DNA of 63,972 nt, filler included, from Basidioascus undulatus (GCA_000826855.1; 9 parts of 9 records of this genome joined end to end with filler, not necessarily neighbours in it); one strand, 5' to 3'. Numbered from the whole stretch's first letter, positions 12,663-25,868 are shown. Program-made: numbers and translations. The notes: generated by a model from the letters alone, not told the origin.

Positions 12663-15285
12663 CTACTGCTGCCTGCCTGCTCCCCCGCGCCCACCACCAC
12701 CGCCGCCGCGGCCGCCCCTGCCGCCGCGGCCGCCACCGCGGCCGCCCGACGACCCAGGCAGCTCCTTGACAATTACCAGGCCGTGGGTGCCGCGGAGCCC
12801 CATCATGCCGACAGTCTTGGCTGCAAGTCCAATAGTCGGTCAGAACAGGTTCAGCGGAACAGCGTAGCGCAACGAAGACGACCGACCAAGCAGTCCGGGG
12901 ACCTCGCCCGTCCCGCCCTTGTACTTGAGCACCTGCACGGCATAACGGTTCATCTCCTGCACGAGAATCTCCGGTGTCCAGCCAATCTGAAAGGAGCAAA
13001 AAAGTCAATTTGCCTGCACTTACCTACGGCAGCTGGGCGAGAATTAATCACCTGACGAAGGGAACCCTTGTAGTAGCCGAGCGACGCCGAGTAGGCCTGC
13101 GCCTTGACCTCGTCGCTGACGTTCGCGAGTGCTCGGTCGACCTCTTGCCGCAGAGCCCCGAGCTCTGCGGGGCCCGGCAGAGGGAGCTCGGTGAGGGGGA
13201 GGGCGGCGATCTGGCGCTGGCGGAGGAAGGACGTCTCGAATGGCGAGAGGATGAGGAGGCCCTGGCCATCGCGGCCTGCGCGCGCAGTACGACCAAGGCG
13301 GTGGATGTCTGGATTAGTTGAATGGGTCAGTAAACCGTCAATGAGATAAACAATGCTGGAGGAGTGCGTACATTGTTCGGCCGAGGCAGGGAGACCGGCT
13401 TGAATGACAAGGGAGACCTGCAGGAGGACGATATGTCAGCTTCGAGTCAGCTGGGGCACAGTAGCTATCACGCACATTGGGGAAGTCAACGCCGCGCGCC
13501 GAGACGTCCGACGAGAACAGCACGCCCTTCCCGGTGGCGCGGAAGGCGTCGGCAGCGGCTGTACGCTGGGACTGGGACTTGCGTGAGTGAACTAGGAAAG
13601 AGGCATTAAATTTCATGAGACATATTCAGAAAGAAACAGCAGCAGGGAAACGTCCGAAACGTCCGACTCACTCTCCCACACAGGCAGTCCACCAAGATTC
13701 AGGCCCTTGAAGACCTGGAACGCCAGGCCTGTGGCACGCGCAGTTGGAAGGAAGACGATAACCTGTTGCAAGTATCAGTTTCTAATCAACCAATCAGTGG
13801 AAACACGTCGAGGAGAATGCGGGCCGACCTTCCCACCACCCTCCAGCGCCGCGTCCTCGCGAACCGCACGCGCGATGAGGCCCAGCTGATCGTCGATCAG
13901 CGCGACTCCCACGCGCTGAACGACGCGCTGATGCGTGTTGTTGTCCTCCGGCTTCAAAGTCGTCACGAATTCATGCGACGGGAGGAGCGCGACGTGCGCG
14001 ACGTCACGGACCTCGCGGGGAATGGTCGCGGAGAAGAGCAGGGTCTGGCGCGGGCTGGTCTCGCGGGGTGGGAGGAGGGCTACGAAGGGTTACTGTGAGC
14101 GCATGGGGATGCATTAAGGACAGGATTGTGCTCACCGAAAATCTTCAGCAGCTCCTGTCGGAAACCGCTTTCCAAAAGGCGGTCGGCCTGGACAGGAAAG
14201 ACCATCAGAAAAGACCGTATAGGCACCGAGGCTTATGACGAACCTCGTCGAGGATGAGGTACTTCAGTCCTGCCAGACGAGGGGCGAGACCTTCGTTCTG
14301 AAGATGGTCGAGGAGACGGCCAGGGGTCGCGACGAGAACGTCGGCGCGCTCCTCGCGCAGCCTGCGAACCTCGGAGCGCATGGCAGTGCCCCCAACGACG
14401 TGCTGCGCCTTGAAGGGGTGATGCGCCAGGAGCTGTTGTGCCCTGCTCTCACGACACGGTTAGCTGCGCGGGTACGCGACAAGAAACGGCAACGCACTCG
14501 ACCTCGATCTGCATGGCCAGCTCGCGCGTCGGGGAAATGACAAGGATGGACGTCTGGTTCTTCGGGGGGTTGATCGCGGCGAGGCGGTCGATGGTAGGGA
14601 GGAGAAAAGCTGGGTGCAGGGCGTTGGGAGATAGATGTTAGGCAGCCCGAGGGATGGTGATTTTCGCCCCGCGCACGCACCAATGGTCTTGCCAGTGCCT
14701 AGAGTGGGTACCGGCGTTCAAAAAAAGCATCACAGTGAAGGAAACGTAGTACAGCTCACCGGTCTTGGCCTGAGCGAGAACGTCCTTGCCCGTCATGATC
14801 ACAGGCATCGTGGCAGCCTGCACCTCCGTCGCGAACTGCGTCCCGAAGCCGTCTCAATGTCTGGTCCACGTTTATCCATATACAGAGCAGAATCTCACCT
14901 CATGCTTAAGCCCCTTCCCCGTCGTCTCGCTGATGGTCCCCGACTTGACCCAGTCCGCGAACCGGAGATCCGACAGGTGCGCAAGCTTCTCGCTGCCCGG
15001 CGCCGCGACAGGCGTAGCGACTCCGCTCTCCGGCGGCGTAGGGAGAGCTTGCCTGGCGGCTTGGCTCTTCTGCTGGGCCCGGGGCCCTGTGGGGAGTCGA
15101 GGAGCGGCCTCGTCGCCGTCTGCAGCTGCCGCTTGGGGGCGACCGCCGCGTCCCCCGCCGCCACCGCCACGGCGACGATTGCGGTTGCGCGAGGGGCCCG
15201 GTCCGCCAGCGCGGGGGGCCTGTTGGATCGGGGTGGGGGCGCTCATCCGGAAGTTACGAAGGAATGTGGTGATGGCCCTGTTCAT
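12663..15285 (-). CDS. MSS116: DEAD-box RNA helicase, Mss116/CYT-19 subfamily, multi-exon
   Basis: VQAATMP..DVLAQAKTG/TGKT, SPTRELAMQI, VATPGRLLDHL, LDE|ADRLL, HSRKSQSQR, SSDVSARGVDFPNV, HRLGRTARAG, AYSAWLGYYKG (Mss116-type C-terminal extension) and an RGG-rich basic tail. Confidence 0.85.
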
Positions 15286-15896
15286 CCGCTAGTTGCGGAA
15301 ATGATGTGGTGCTGGACCAAAAGATCTTGCGAGGCGAGAAGGCACCGTCGTCGGCTGCGACGCGACCGCGGTTGAGGACCTTTCTACCGTAAGGTGCGGA
15401 ACACCGGCGGATGGCCTTTCCGGGGTTCAAATCGAGTTCACACAAATCCTGGTTCACACAAATCCTGTTTCATCCATCGAACGAACCAATCACAATATAC
15501 TCGACCACGTATTGTCATAGTCTGTGATGACAATGCTTGTGCCGGCTGGTTACATGATAGCGAGGCCGCGTTCTCCAAAGCCATACATAGCACGTAAAGT
15601 CGCCTGTAAGTTCGCCCAAAGACTGTGACGACGAGGTCAAAACATTCCACGCAGGCAGAAACTCAGCGCGCAAGATGCGTAAAATGCTGCGAAGTCGAAT
15701 GAACGATTACAAAAAGGGGTGGCGTTCCGCGGGGTGACAATTCCGAAGCGCATGACAGATCAATAACTTAGGGTATGGTTGTGGGTGGGGTGAATGAGTG
15801 TACGCGTGTTCGCGAAGTAATAAATATGATTAACACGAAGAAGGGTATGAGACGGAGTCGAAGTGTCCGCGGCAAGAGAGGTGAGAAACAGAATCG

Positions 15897-17994
15897 CTAT
15901 CGCAAGCCGCCGATGCCGCCGAAGAGCATGCCCTGCCCGGCGACGCTGGCGGCGCGCATGAGCGGTGCGCGCCCGAGCTCGCCGGCCCGCTTCGTCATGA
16001 GCGTGCCCTTGCCGAGGTCGAAGGACAGCGCGCCGCCGCCGCCGTGCCTGCGCCCGCCGGGGAGCGGGCTGCCGCCGCCGTTAAAGTGGTTCTCTTTCCC
16101 ACTCACGCCGCCGCCACAGGGGCTCGAGCTGTGCTCGCTCTCCTCCTTGATCGGGAACTGGAAGGGCGTCCCGCCGGCGCCCTCGATGAAGAGGCGCGCG
16201 TCGCCGAACGCGAAGCTGCGCGCACGACAAAACGTCTTGCGCGGGGTGCGACATTTGGACAGGTCAGACGCGAGCATGGGCACGTACGCGCCCGGGCGCG
16301 GAACGCAGAGGGACGGAGCGGACGTCATGAAGGCGTGGTAGCCGCCTTGGAGGATGTAGAGCTCGGGATAGTGGATGCGCGGGTAGACGGACGCGTTCAG
16401 GTGGCGGTCGTGGTTGCGGAGGAAGCAGGCACTGTAGGATTGGCAGATTGTCAGGTCCCGAACACGGTGCGAAGAGGCAAGGCGAGGCAGCAGACTATTG
16501 TGTGAGGGGAATACGTACAGTGACGGCGCGCGCTTCTCAGAAAACTCGCAATGCAGAACGATGACCGTCCGTCCCTCGCCGAGCTCCGCGCTGGTGGAAG
16601 GCTCGGGTACGCCGGCGCCGTCGTCGGAGAAGAGATACGATTTCAGCGACTCCCTGGTCGACAGATTGACCGAGCCGGGTATGCGCCCGCCCTCGTGCTC
16701 GTACTCGAACCGACAGTCGATGACATGCAGCTTGGTGATCGTCGGCGGAAGCGGCTTGGAGACAAGTTCGGCGAGCTGCTCGGGCGCCCACGTCAGTTCA
16801 ATCTGGATACGAGCGAACATTAACGCTGATCGCACGCACCGTAGCAGCGGTAATACGCATCAGGCCATCCTCCGTGACGTTGAAGCAGTCGAGAAGCTTG
16901 CCGTCCGCCTCCGACTCACCATGGCGCGGCATGCCCGCGGCGTGCTCGCCGTGCAGGCTCGCCTCGGCAAAACTAGCGCTGACGCCGTGCGCGGGCCGAA
17001 AGCTCGTCGAGCCGTCGGCAAAGGTGGCCGCGTGCATGCTGTGCAGTGCCGCGTACTCCTGAGCCGCGGGCGACGTCGCCGGCTGCGCGAACGTCGGGTT
17101 GCTGACCGAGTGATGACGACGAAACTTGGGCGGAAGCCTCGCGCCGCGGGTGAGGAAGGGGTTGTCTGGGTCGCGTGCGTCGTCGGACGCGGGCACCTGG
17201 AGGACCGGGTACGCCGTCTGCGCGGACTCGCGCATGGTCGGGCGGCGCGCGTACGGCTGCCCGCGCGACGTGGAGGTAATGGAAGAGGAGCGCGTGTGTC
17301 GGAGGCAGAGGGTTGTCGGGGAGGAGGGGGGAGAGCGGTGCGGCGAAGAGAGTGGGGAGTGGTCGGCGGTGGGGAAGCGGACGGAGGGGCGTTGAGTGAC
17401 GAAGGGAGAGGTGGAGTCCGTTGCAGTGACGAAGGTGGATGAGGGATCCGAGTGAGGGCCAAAGGGGGACGAAGGTGTGGTGGTGGCGTTTCCGAGGTCG
17501 AGAGGAGGGGGTCGGGAGGCGGGGAAGCGGAACTGGGTCTTGACCGGAGGAGGCTGAACGTCGTCGACGTCCATGTCGTCCTCGTGGACGGCCGCGACCG
17601 AGCCTGTCCGTACGACCGGGAATGACTGAGGGCACCACCGAATCCAATGCTTTAAGAAATGCCCTCTCCTCCCCCTGCCACAAGATGGCGAAAGCAGACT
17701 CACCTCGCGTCGCGACAATGTCCGTCCGCCCGTCGCCGGCCACGCACCGCGCTTCGTCGGAAGCGGCGGAGGTCCCATCATCGTGTTTGACTGCAACTCA
17801 CGCCCGAACACGCGCGTTGCCGTGCACGGGGACGGCACGCCATCGAGGTTGGTCGCGCTGAAACGCGCGTCGACGCCGGTGGGGGCGGACGGGTAGGCGT
17901 CCGACGGAGAGTCGGGGCCAACGGGGAGGCAGAAGTACGAGAACTCCGAAGCGGGGGAGGAGCTGAGCATGCCGGCGGCGGTGATGGACGACAT
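15897..17994 (-). CDS. cdc25: M-phase inducer phosphatase Cdc25/Mih1, multi-exon
   Basis: VIDCRFEYEHEGGRIPG, LHCEFSEKRAP (HCX5R active site), RNHDR..YPRIHYPELYILQGGY. There is a long Ser/Pro-rich N-terminal regulatory region. The start codon is inferred. Confidence 0.9.
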
Positions 17995-20371
17995 CCCTGA
18001 GAAGAGGAGGTGCGGAACGGGCTGGAATGTGGTGTGCTGCGGTCGGACACGAGCTGCATACGATGTAAGGTGGAAGGGCGATGCGGTGTGAAGAGAGAAA
18101 ACAAAATGAAGGGGGGTAGAATGAATGTTGAGGACGTCGAGCCCTGAGATGCCGATGCGAGAGGGAGCCGGGAAGAGAGATGCAGCGCGGTCGCACAAGA
18201 GCGGTCCAGCGGCGTGCGTGACACTGGAGGAGGTCGACAGCGCTCAGGATGAGGGTGTCGAGAATGATCGGGATAGTAGAGGAGGATGCTGCTGGTAGAC
18301 GGGTCGGGTCGAGGAAGGAGGGAGAGGAAGAGGAGGGGCAGTGTCGAAGGATGAGATGGTGAAGAAGGGGGACGAAGCGAGATGCTGCCTATCGCTAGCC
18401 TGGTGTTGGCGACGACGGTCAGAATGTCAAGTGTGAGGAGGCGGGTGGGTAAGCTGTGGGCGATCTTCTAAAATGAACCGAGCTCGGGAGGCGGGTCATG
18501 ACGCCCCATTGACATCAATGACTGCCGTGGTCGGTCGAGGTCGAAAGTTGAGAGTGTTCGATTATGAAACTGAACCCTGTGTGAATCGGTTTTTGAAAGA
18601 ACCGGTAATTAGTAATAATAGTGAGTGTATGGTATCGGCCGCGAGCGATGCGAGCCGGCACATGGCAAGCAGCTCCGAGACAAACGACCAGCAATGACGA
18701 GCCGCGATGATGGGAAGAGGGCAAGGTGCCACGTGCGCCCGCCTCCTGCCTTGGACCTTTCCGATCGAGCCCGTTATCGCCGACTACCATCTTGGACGCT
18801 GGCCTATTTCGAAGAGCCCATTGGAAGCCCTATCTGCCGTAAATGGCATTATGCTCTTAGGTTTTTGGATAGTCTGGCCTGTAGATCCACGCTTAAAAGC
18901 TAGACTCGACCACAAGCGAACCGGGTTAGAAGCGTTGAGGCCATCCTCGCCCAACCTGTTGCTTGTCCGATGACAATTCTCCGAACGCCTTCGGTCGCCA
19001 CATGGCAATGCTGCACACGTGAAGCTTTGTGCCATGCTTTGCACGAAGCATGGCCTGCACATGGCCGACATGCGAATCGTGCAGTGCTGCAGTGCCTTCG
19101 ATGTTCTTTGTTCTGCCCCCTCTTCGACGTACTTCTTACGACCACCCAGCCCAGACATTAAGAGCTTTCTCCAGCCAGCAGGAGATCGGGCTTATTCACG
19201 ATCGCAACGTGCCCAAATCGATTTAAAGTACAGCTCGACTCGGCTCGACCCGCCCCCCTGTCGCCCCTGGCGCCCACGCTTCCGTGTATGCTCCGATCCC
19301 ACTCGATCCCAAGCCTCGTGGTAAGGCACGCTTTTGCAATGAAGTCTGCAGGAACCCACGACATGTGCCTGAACCGACAACGGGGAATAATCTGGCGGAA
19401 CTGCATGCAAGAAGATGCAAGGCGAGGTGGACACACACATCCATGAGGTCCGAATACTTACGTCCATCGAGATGGGCTTGTCAAGAGCTGAAAGCAGTCT
19501 TGCTATTCTCCCATCGTGATTGTCTGGTTCTTATGCCAAAGTCAAAAGTAAATGAACTTTTCACACTAACAGCTGGTGCAAGATCGCTACGGTGGCGTTA
19601 TAGCAGCGACGGCCGCAACCTGGTACTTCTTAGCCTTTTACTCAAGTAAAGCACAAGGTCTTACCTCTCGTGTTAAATGGGCAGACGCTCTTTTCTGGCC
19701 TGGTCAATGAAGAGCTTGCCGGTGGCTGACACCACGGAGCATCACACTTGCATGTTGACTGAGAGTGCTGACGCGGTGTCTAAGTACTAATTGCTGCCAT
19801 AGATTCTATAAGGCCTGTTTACTGTCCCTTGTGATATTCTTACCATCAGAGCTTTGTACCATAGGTCATTAAGGATGGTGCGAGGGGTGGGACAGCTGGT
19901 AAATGTAGAATCTCATGGGCCCGTGGGTCCGTGTTGCTGAAGAAGGTGGAAACAGCTCTATTCCATCTAGGGCCGCCTAGAAATTGCATTAGTTGGTCAA
20001 GTCTATGTTCTTACATTCCTGCAAGCACTTCTGGTTCAACTGAATGCGCAGTTGCACTGTGGCAGCGTCACGAGCACGACTGACATTACTGAACCGCCTT
20101 GCTGTATCGTGCTTGTCACCTTCCTTTATTGACATTTTCCAATGCGCATTTATTACAGCTCTCAGCCCGGAGCCGTTCACCGAGAAGTACCAGCAACACG
20201 AAAGAGACAAGGTGCAAGGCTGCGTTGTGTACATATCGGTCTTATGGACTTTGGTGTGCCGATAGTGTCTTGGGCATGACGCCCAGATCTCCCCTCTTGT
20301 GCCTTCCTCCTTCCCACATCGAGACAGCTCGCTCTCTCGCTCACACACAGTACTCAACCTAATCTCGATCA

Positions 20372-22921
20372 ATGAGCTCATCGTCCGAGGAGACCTCAAC
20401 GCCCGCGGCGTCCTCCGCGCCCACCTCGCCTCCCCTCTCGAACCTCTCGATCAAGTCCGAGACGGATGGGCCGCAGTCGCTGGGGGATGTGACGGACGAG
20501 GCCAAGGCGGAGGCGGAGAAGCTGAAGGCGGAGGCGAACAAGGTCTTTGCAGGTGCGCTTCTGGCATTTGCTCTGGACGCGCAGGGGCGAGTGCAGGCTG
20601 AGCGGGAAGGGCAAGGCGACAGAGCACGACTACTTGAAAGCCGCCACGCTTTACTCCGCTGCAATCGACAAAAACGCTTTCAACCACATTCTCTTCGCCA
20701 ACCGGGCTATGGTAGGTGGGAGCCATAGCGCTCCATCTCCCCTTACTGACGCTGCTTGTGTTTCTGCGGACAGGCGAGAATACGTCTCGAGGAGCACGGT
20801 CTCGCCATTGCTGATGCCTGTGAGTCAAGCCTGTTGTCACTTACGGAAGGGGCCCTTTGTGGTCTAATCGGGAATGCTTGGCAGCTCGGTCTATCGAGCT
20901 CAACGACAAGTACGCGAAGGCGTACTTCCGGAGAGCGTCCGCGTACCTCGCCATTCTGAACGCTTCCGCTGCGATTGCGGACTTCAAAAAGGCGCTTGCG
21001 CTCGAGCCGAACAATAAACAGACTCGGGCTCAGCTTGATGCCACGACCAAGCTTCATCGGCGGTCCGTCGATCTCCTCCATTGCGTACGGATTGGGTATG
21101 AGCCTGACAGTCGGACTGCAGGATCCAGTTCGAGAAGGCCATTGCTGCGGATGAGGAGGAGCTGGCGTCGGATAAGGTCCGGAAGCTGATAGCCGACGGC
21201 GCTGGCGACATCGAGGCGAGCTACGAGGGGCCCCGGCTCGAGACGGACCCGGAGACGGGCAAGTTCAAGCCGACCGAGGCCTTCGTTGACGAGATGATCG
21301 ACCACTTCAAGGCTGGCAAGGCGCTGCACAAGCGCGTAGCGTGGGAGATCGTGCTCGGCACGCGCGAGGTTCTCGTCAACGAGCCCAGCTTGGTGGAGGC
21401 GGTTGTGGAAGACGGGTGCACGCTCGACGTGATCGGTGACACGCACGGTGCGTGTCTTCACCTTTTGAGCGCTGCAGGCCCAGTTGGCTAACAGAAAGGG
21501 TTCAGGCCAATTCTACGACCTCCTCAACCTTGTCGAGAAGACGGGCCGGCCGTGTCCCACGCACGCTCTGCTTTGTACGTACCCTCAACGTCGCTGTGTC
21601 GATTCTGCAGCTGACAACTTCGACTACAGTCAATGGCGACTTTGTTGACCGGGGGAGCTGGTCAACTGAAGTATGAATTTTTCCTCTCAGCGTTGGCCTA
21701 CTCGGTACTCATCGCTTCTTCCTCAGGTTGTCCTGCTTCTCTTCTTATGGAAGTGGCTGTACCCGAACCGCGTCTTCCTCAACCGCGGCAACCACGAGAC
21801 CAACGACATGAACAAGTGCGACCCTCCAGGCGTTCAGGTGCCCATGGCCTTCGGACTGATCTTGTAAACACGGTACAGGGTCTACGGCTTCGAGGGGGAG
21901 GTAAAGCACAAATACTCCGACTTGAGTAGGTCTCCGCTTCACCCGCGTGCAGCGCTGTACTAATGGTCGACCGCCCTGCCCAGCCTTCAAGCTCTTCTCC
22001 GACGTCTTCACCACCCTTCCCATTGCCACCCTCGTCTCTCCCACTCTCCCCCCTACCTCTACCACCCCGAACGACTTCCTCTCTCCCGAAGGCCGAAAGC
22101 GTTACTTCGTCGTCCACGGCGGCCTGTTCTCCAAGGACGGCGTCACGCTCGACGATATCCGCGCTGTGAAGCGTTTCGGCCGTCAGCCGGGCCAGGAGGG
22201 CATCATGTGTGCGTTGCTGTTGTGCAGGACTGGACCGCGATAAGATTCAGCTGACTCGCGCCTTTCCGCTCAGGCGAAGCTCTGTGGACCGATCCTCAGG
22301 AGTCGAACGGGCGGGGACCGAGCAAGCGGGTGCGTCGTTATGATCGGGAATAAGCGCGGTCGTCCTCGAAGCTCATCCACCATCATAGGGCGTCGGCGTC
22401 GGCTTCGGTCCGGACGTCACGCGAGACTGGTGCAAGCTGAACAGCGTAACGGCGGTCTTGCGCAGCCACGAGGTTCGGCAAGAAGGGTGCGTGACGTATT
22501 CCTGACCCCTTAAGTCACGGAATGCTGATGCACAGCCGATGAACAGCTACGCTGTCGAGCACGATGGCCGGTGCATTACCGTCTTCAGGTACGGCACGCT
22601 GGCATGCACCCCGCCAAATCATCGTTCACCTTACCAACTCTCACAGTGCCCCGAACTACGTCGACTCTACCGGGAACAAGGGCGCCTTCGTGAGTGGCAT
22701 CTCGTGTCAATCTCGCCCTGGTAGATGCTGATGCACGGACGGCAACAGGTTCGCATCGACGCAGACGGTACTCTGCATTACAACCAGTTCGAAGCTGTGC
22801 GTTTTCTGCAGCCCCTGCGATGGGCGGCTTTGCCCTTTGCTCAAGCGGAATCCCATAGGTGCCTCATCCTCCGATTCGGCCCATGGCGTACTCTTCCGGG
22901 TTCTCCGGCCTCATGGGATGA
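20372..22921 (+). CDS. PPT1: Serine/threonine protein phosphatase 5 (TPR + PPP domain), multi-exon
   Basis: TPR region ([37 protein letters not shown]), then [41 protein letters not shown], and the PP5 C-terminus [15 protein letters not shown]. Confidence 0.95.
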
Positions 22922-23478
22922 AGGACGGGGCAATGAATTGCTGTTCAACTTGATGTTTGCTGTGCCTTGACGGCAAGTCTATGCGAATCGCCTCGATCGA
23001 CGACTGTTGCCCAGCGAACGCTTCGTCTCTGCGAGTCTCCAGACAAGGCATGTCCAGCTGAATTGCTGTTTGAACATCCCTCTGACACACTGTACAGCCT
23101 CATGATTTGAACGCTCGCGGTCCGCTACCTACCTCTCCCACTCTGTGCACTCGCAGTGCCGCCTTCAGACGTTGGCAGCTCAGTTGTCCAGTCTGCGGGA
23201 GCCCACGCTGAAGGTGTATTTGTAACCTCGGGGTCGACCGCTTTGACGAATGGCTGCAAGCTGCAACACAGTGTTCTCGGGCGTTGCCATTCCGAGCCAG
23301 TGCGGGTGGCTGGGGCCACGAGCGGCACAAAGCAGGGGCTGTGTAAAGCTAGAATGATGTCCAGAAGAGCTGTGCAGAGGCGCAATCAATCCACTCAGCC
23401 TTTGATTAGCTCGATAAATACCCAATCCTTCTAGTCTATCCGTTCCACGCGTGCCTCCCCATCCTCACACCCTCACCC

Positions 23479-24925
23479 TCAATCCAACTTCTTCCAACCC
23501 CTCCTCCCGCCCAAGCCCGCCGCCGACCCCCCAGCACCCGCGGCGTCCCACCTGCGCGCGCCCGCGCCCTCCTCCATCTCGTCCAGCCCCGCGGCGCCCC
23601 TCCCGCGCGACGAGCCCGTCCGCTCGGGCGTGAGCGCCTTGCCGAGCGCAGTCGTCAGCGCGTGGGCCGGGAGCAGGAGGTGCAGCCTTGTTGCTGCGCC
23701 TGAGGGGGGCTCGAGCGGGAGGGGGTGCGCATGGGTGGCGAGGAGGAGGTACTGCGTTTCGCGAGAGGGGGGATAGTTAGTGAGGGACAGCAAAGAGAAA
23801 GGAGAGGGTGAAGGGGGTGGGTGGATGGAGATGCACGAGCGGAAAAAGCCCGGCAAAGATGACTACCCCGCCCGCAAGGCCGCCTGCCCAGGATGGGCCC
23901 CACGAGAGGAGCGTGACGGGCGCGCCGAAGCCGGTGGCCCACGCCCAGCGCTCCTCGAGGAAGCGCAGGCGCTGCGTGAGCGTGAATCGGTGCGCCGCGA
24001 GGGGCGGATCGAAGAGGTAGAATCTGTGCAGGGCGGTGGAGGGAGGCGTGTGAGGATGGGGAGGGGCTGGGAAGGTGGGGAGGTGGGAAGGTGGGAAGGT
24101 GGGAAGGTGGGAAGGTGGGAAGGTGGGAAGGGGACGCACGAGGAGATGAATGAGAGGTAGAGGAATGTGAGGGGGGTACGGAGGAGGGGGATCGAGGAGA
24201 GAAGGAAGGAGAACGGCAGGTAGGCAAGGAGGAGGAGCGGGCGATAGGAGGTCTCGAGGAGGAGGGGAAGGAGACTGCGTCGTTCCCACATCACCTGCAT
24301 TAGCTTTCCTGCTCCCTCCTCCCAACAGTTAAAGCAAACAGAGTCGTACCCAACATGGCTCTTACTCGGTATCGGCCTGGCATAAAAGACCTCAAACGCC
24401 CTGAGCAAGACGACCCTCGAGGACAGCCCGGAGAAGAGGACCGCGAACCCAGTGGTGGACCACACCCACCCCAGGGTCCACAGCGAGGGGAGGAGGTGCG
24501 TCTCCCACTGCGCGCGGGTGGGCACGAGGGAGGCGGTGGCGTCGTGCCAGATGAGGATGAGGAGGAGGAGGGCGCTGAGGGCGAGGGGTCGGAGGACTGC
24601 CAAAAGGAAGGGGGTCAGCTACGGGGAGCCGAGTGAAGAAGCGGGAAAGAGACGCACTGTTATCCCTGATCTTCGCATCCCGCCCCAGCGCATCAATCGT
24701 GATCCCAACCCGCAGCGCCGCCTTGAGCCCGTCCAGCGCGAGCCTCGCATGATACCCCACAGCGGCGGGCACGTCTGCCGGCGCGTCGAAGCCGCTGCTG
24801 CTCGTCGCTGATGCCGCCCAGTATGATTCCGGGGGGAGGAGCGGCAGGGGTGGGGCCGCGCTGGATATGGATGTGCGTCGGCGGTAGTGTGCCGAGCGGG
24901 AGGAGGGCGAGGGCGAGTGGAGCAT
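23479..24925 (-). CDS. EI24-like multi-pass membrane protein, multi-exon
   Basis: Several hydrophobic helices, with TLTQRLRFLEERWAWATGFGAP and IFAGLFP..YLLLATHAHPLP, matching the EI24-family pattern as I recall it. Confidence 0.7.
24068..24131 (+). repeat. Tandem repeat (TGGGAAGG)x8 inside an EI24 intron
   Basis: Eight 8-nt units read directly, one of them the variant TGGGGAGG. Confidence 0.9.
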
Positions 24926-25118
24926 GGCGGGGGGAGGAAGGAAGGGAGGAGGAAGGGAGGAAGGCAAGCCAAACGCGCTCGCGGTTGCAGGTGAAGCTCG
25001 CTGGCTGGACTGGACGTTGCCTTCGCACCTTCTCCTACCCAACCTGGCTTTCCGCTGCTTTCCTTGCGCATTATTGCTACTCACCCTCATTCTTTCGATC
25101 ACACTCGCTCGACCAGTC

Positions 25119-25703
25119 ATGTCCCTCACCGCCGCGCAGCCCGCATTCGTCATGCTCGGGGACTCGCTCACCCAGGGCTCGTTCGACGCGGGCGGGACCG
25201 GACAGCGCTTGAACTGTCCGTCCCGTCTTAAGTACTCGCACAAACCAGGAGGAGGGAAGGAGGACTGATGAGAAAGGAGGGTGTGGGCGGGGGTGCCACA
25301 GTCTTGTACGCCCGCAGGCTGGACGTGATCAACCGCGGCTTGAGCGGGTACAACACCGAGTGGTGCGTCTTCCTTTCTTGCGCCGTAGGAGCTGGGAGCG
25401 CTGACGGGCATGGTGTGCAGGGCTCTTCCGGTTGCGGAGCAGGTGCTCGGGAAGGAGGGTGGCCCGGAAGTCAAGATCGCTACGATCTGGTTCGGTGCGT
25501 CTATCCCCTCAGCCTTGCGTCCCCACATTACACTTATCCCTCCTCCGACAGGCGCCAACGATGCGAGCCTCCCTCCCTCCGACCAATACGTGTGTCTCCC
25601 CTGCTCCTCCTTCCTCCGCTCCCCGCCTCACCCCCGCTCCTCAGGTGACCCTCGACCGCTTCCGCGTCAACCTGCACTCCATCTCCTCCCTCCTGCTCAC
25701 CTC
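25119..25703 (+). CDS. IAH1: SGNH/GDSL hydrolase, isoamyl acetate-hydrolysing esterase-like; 3' end cut by contig edge
   Basis: FVMLGDSLTQ (block I), YARRLDVINRGLSGYNTEW (block II), TIWFGANDA (block III). Confidence 0.85.
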
Positions 25704-25803
25704 NNNNNNNNNNNNNNNNNNNNNNNNNNNNNNNNNNNNNNNNNNNNTTAATTAATTAANNNNNNNNNNNNNNNNNNNNNNNNNNNNNNNNNNNNNNNNN
25801 NNN
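25704..25803. other. Artificial contig linker
   Basis: 44 N + TTAATTAATTAA (stops in all six frames) + 44 N. Confidence 0.98.
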
Positions 25804-25868
25804 AGGGGGAGGAGCCGGATCCGATGATGGCTATGATGGGGTTCAGTGGGTTCGCGTCGAAGAAATAG
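25804..25868 (+). CDS. C-terminal fragment, probably a ZMAT2/Snu23-like spliceosomal protein
   Basis: GEEPDPMMAMMGFSGFASKK*. An MGFxGF motif right before the stop is typical of ZMAT2/Snu23, but only 20 codons are visible. Confidence 0.45.

Noticed and set aside
15424..15467. B-box-like GGTTCAAATCG followed by a 16-nt tandem duplication (GTTCACACAAATCCTG x2) upstream of MSS116
   Set aside because: There is no cloverleaf or A-box. A two-copy duplication is compatible with simple slippage.
16498..17462. Long Arg/Pro/Gly-rich ORFs antisense or off-frame to real genes (also 24392-25558, 52555-53299, 54019-54936)
   Set aside because: These are shadow ORFs produced by high GC and low stop-codon density. 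They have no recognisable motifs and overlap well-supported spliced genes.
18700..20300. Short ORFs between cdc25 and PPT1 (similarly 9400-10900, 32000-33000, 43460-45100)
   Set aside because: No recognisable motifs or consistent splice model. They are possibly older relics but are not supportable.
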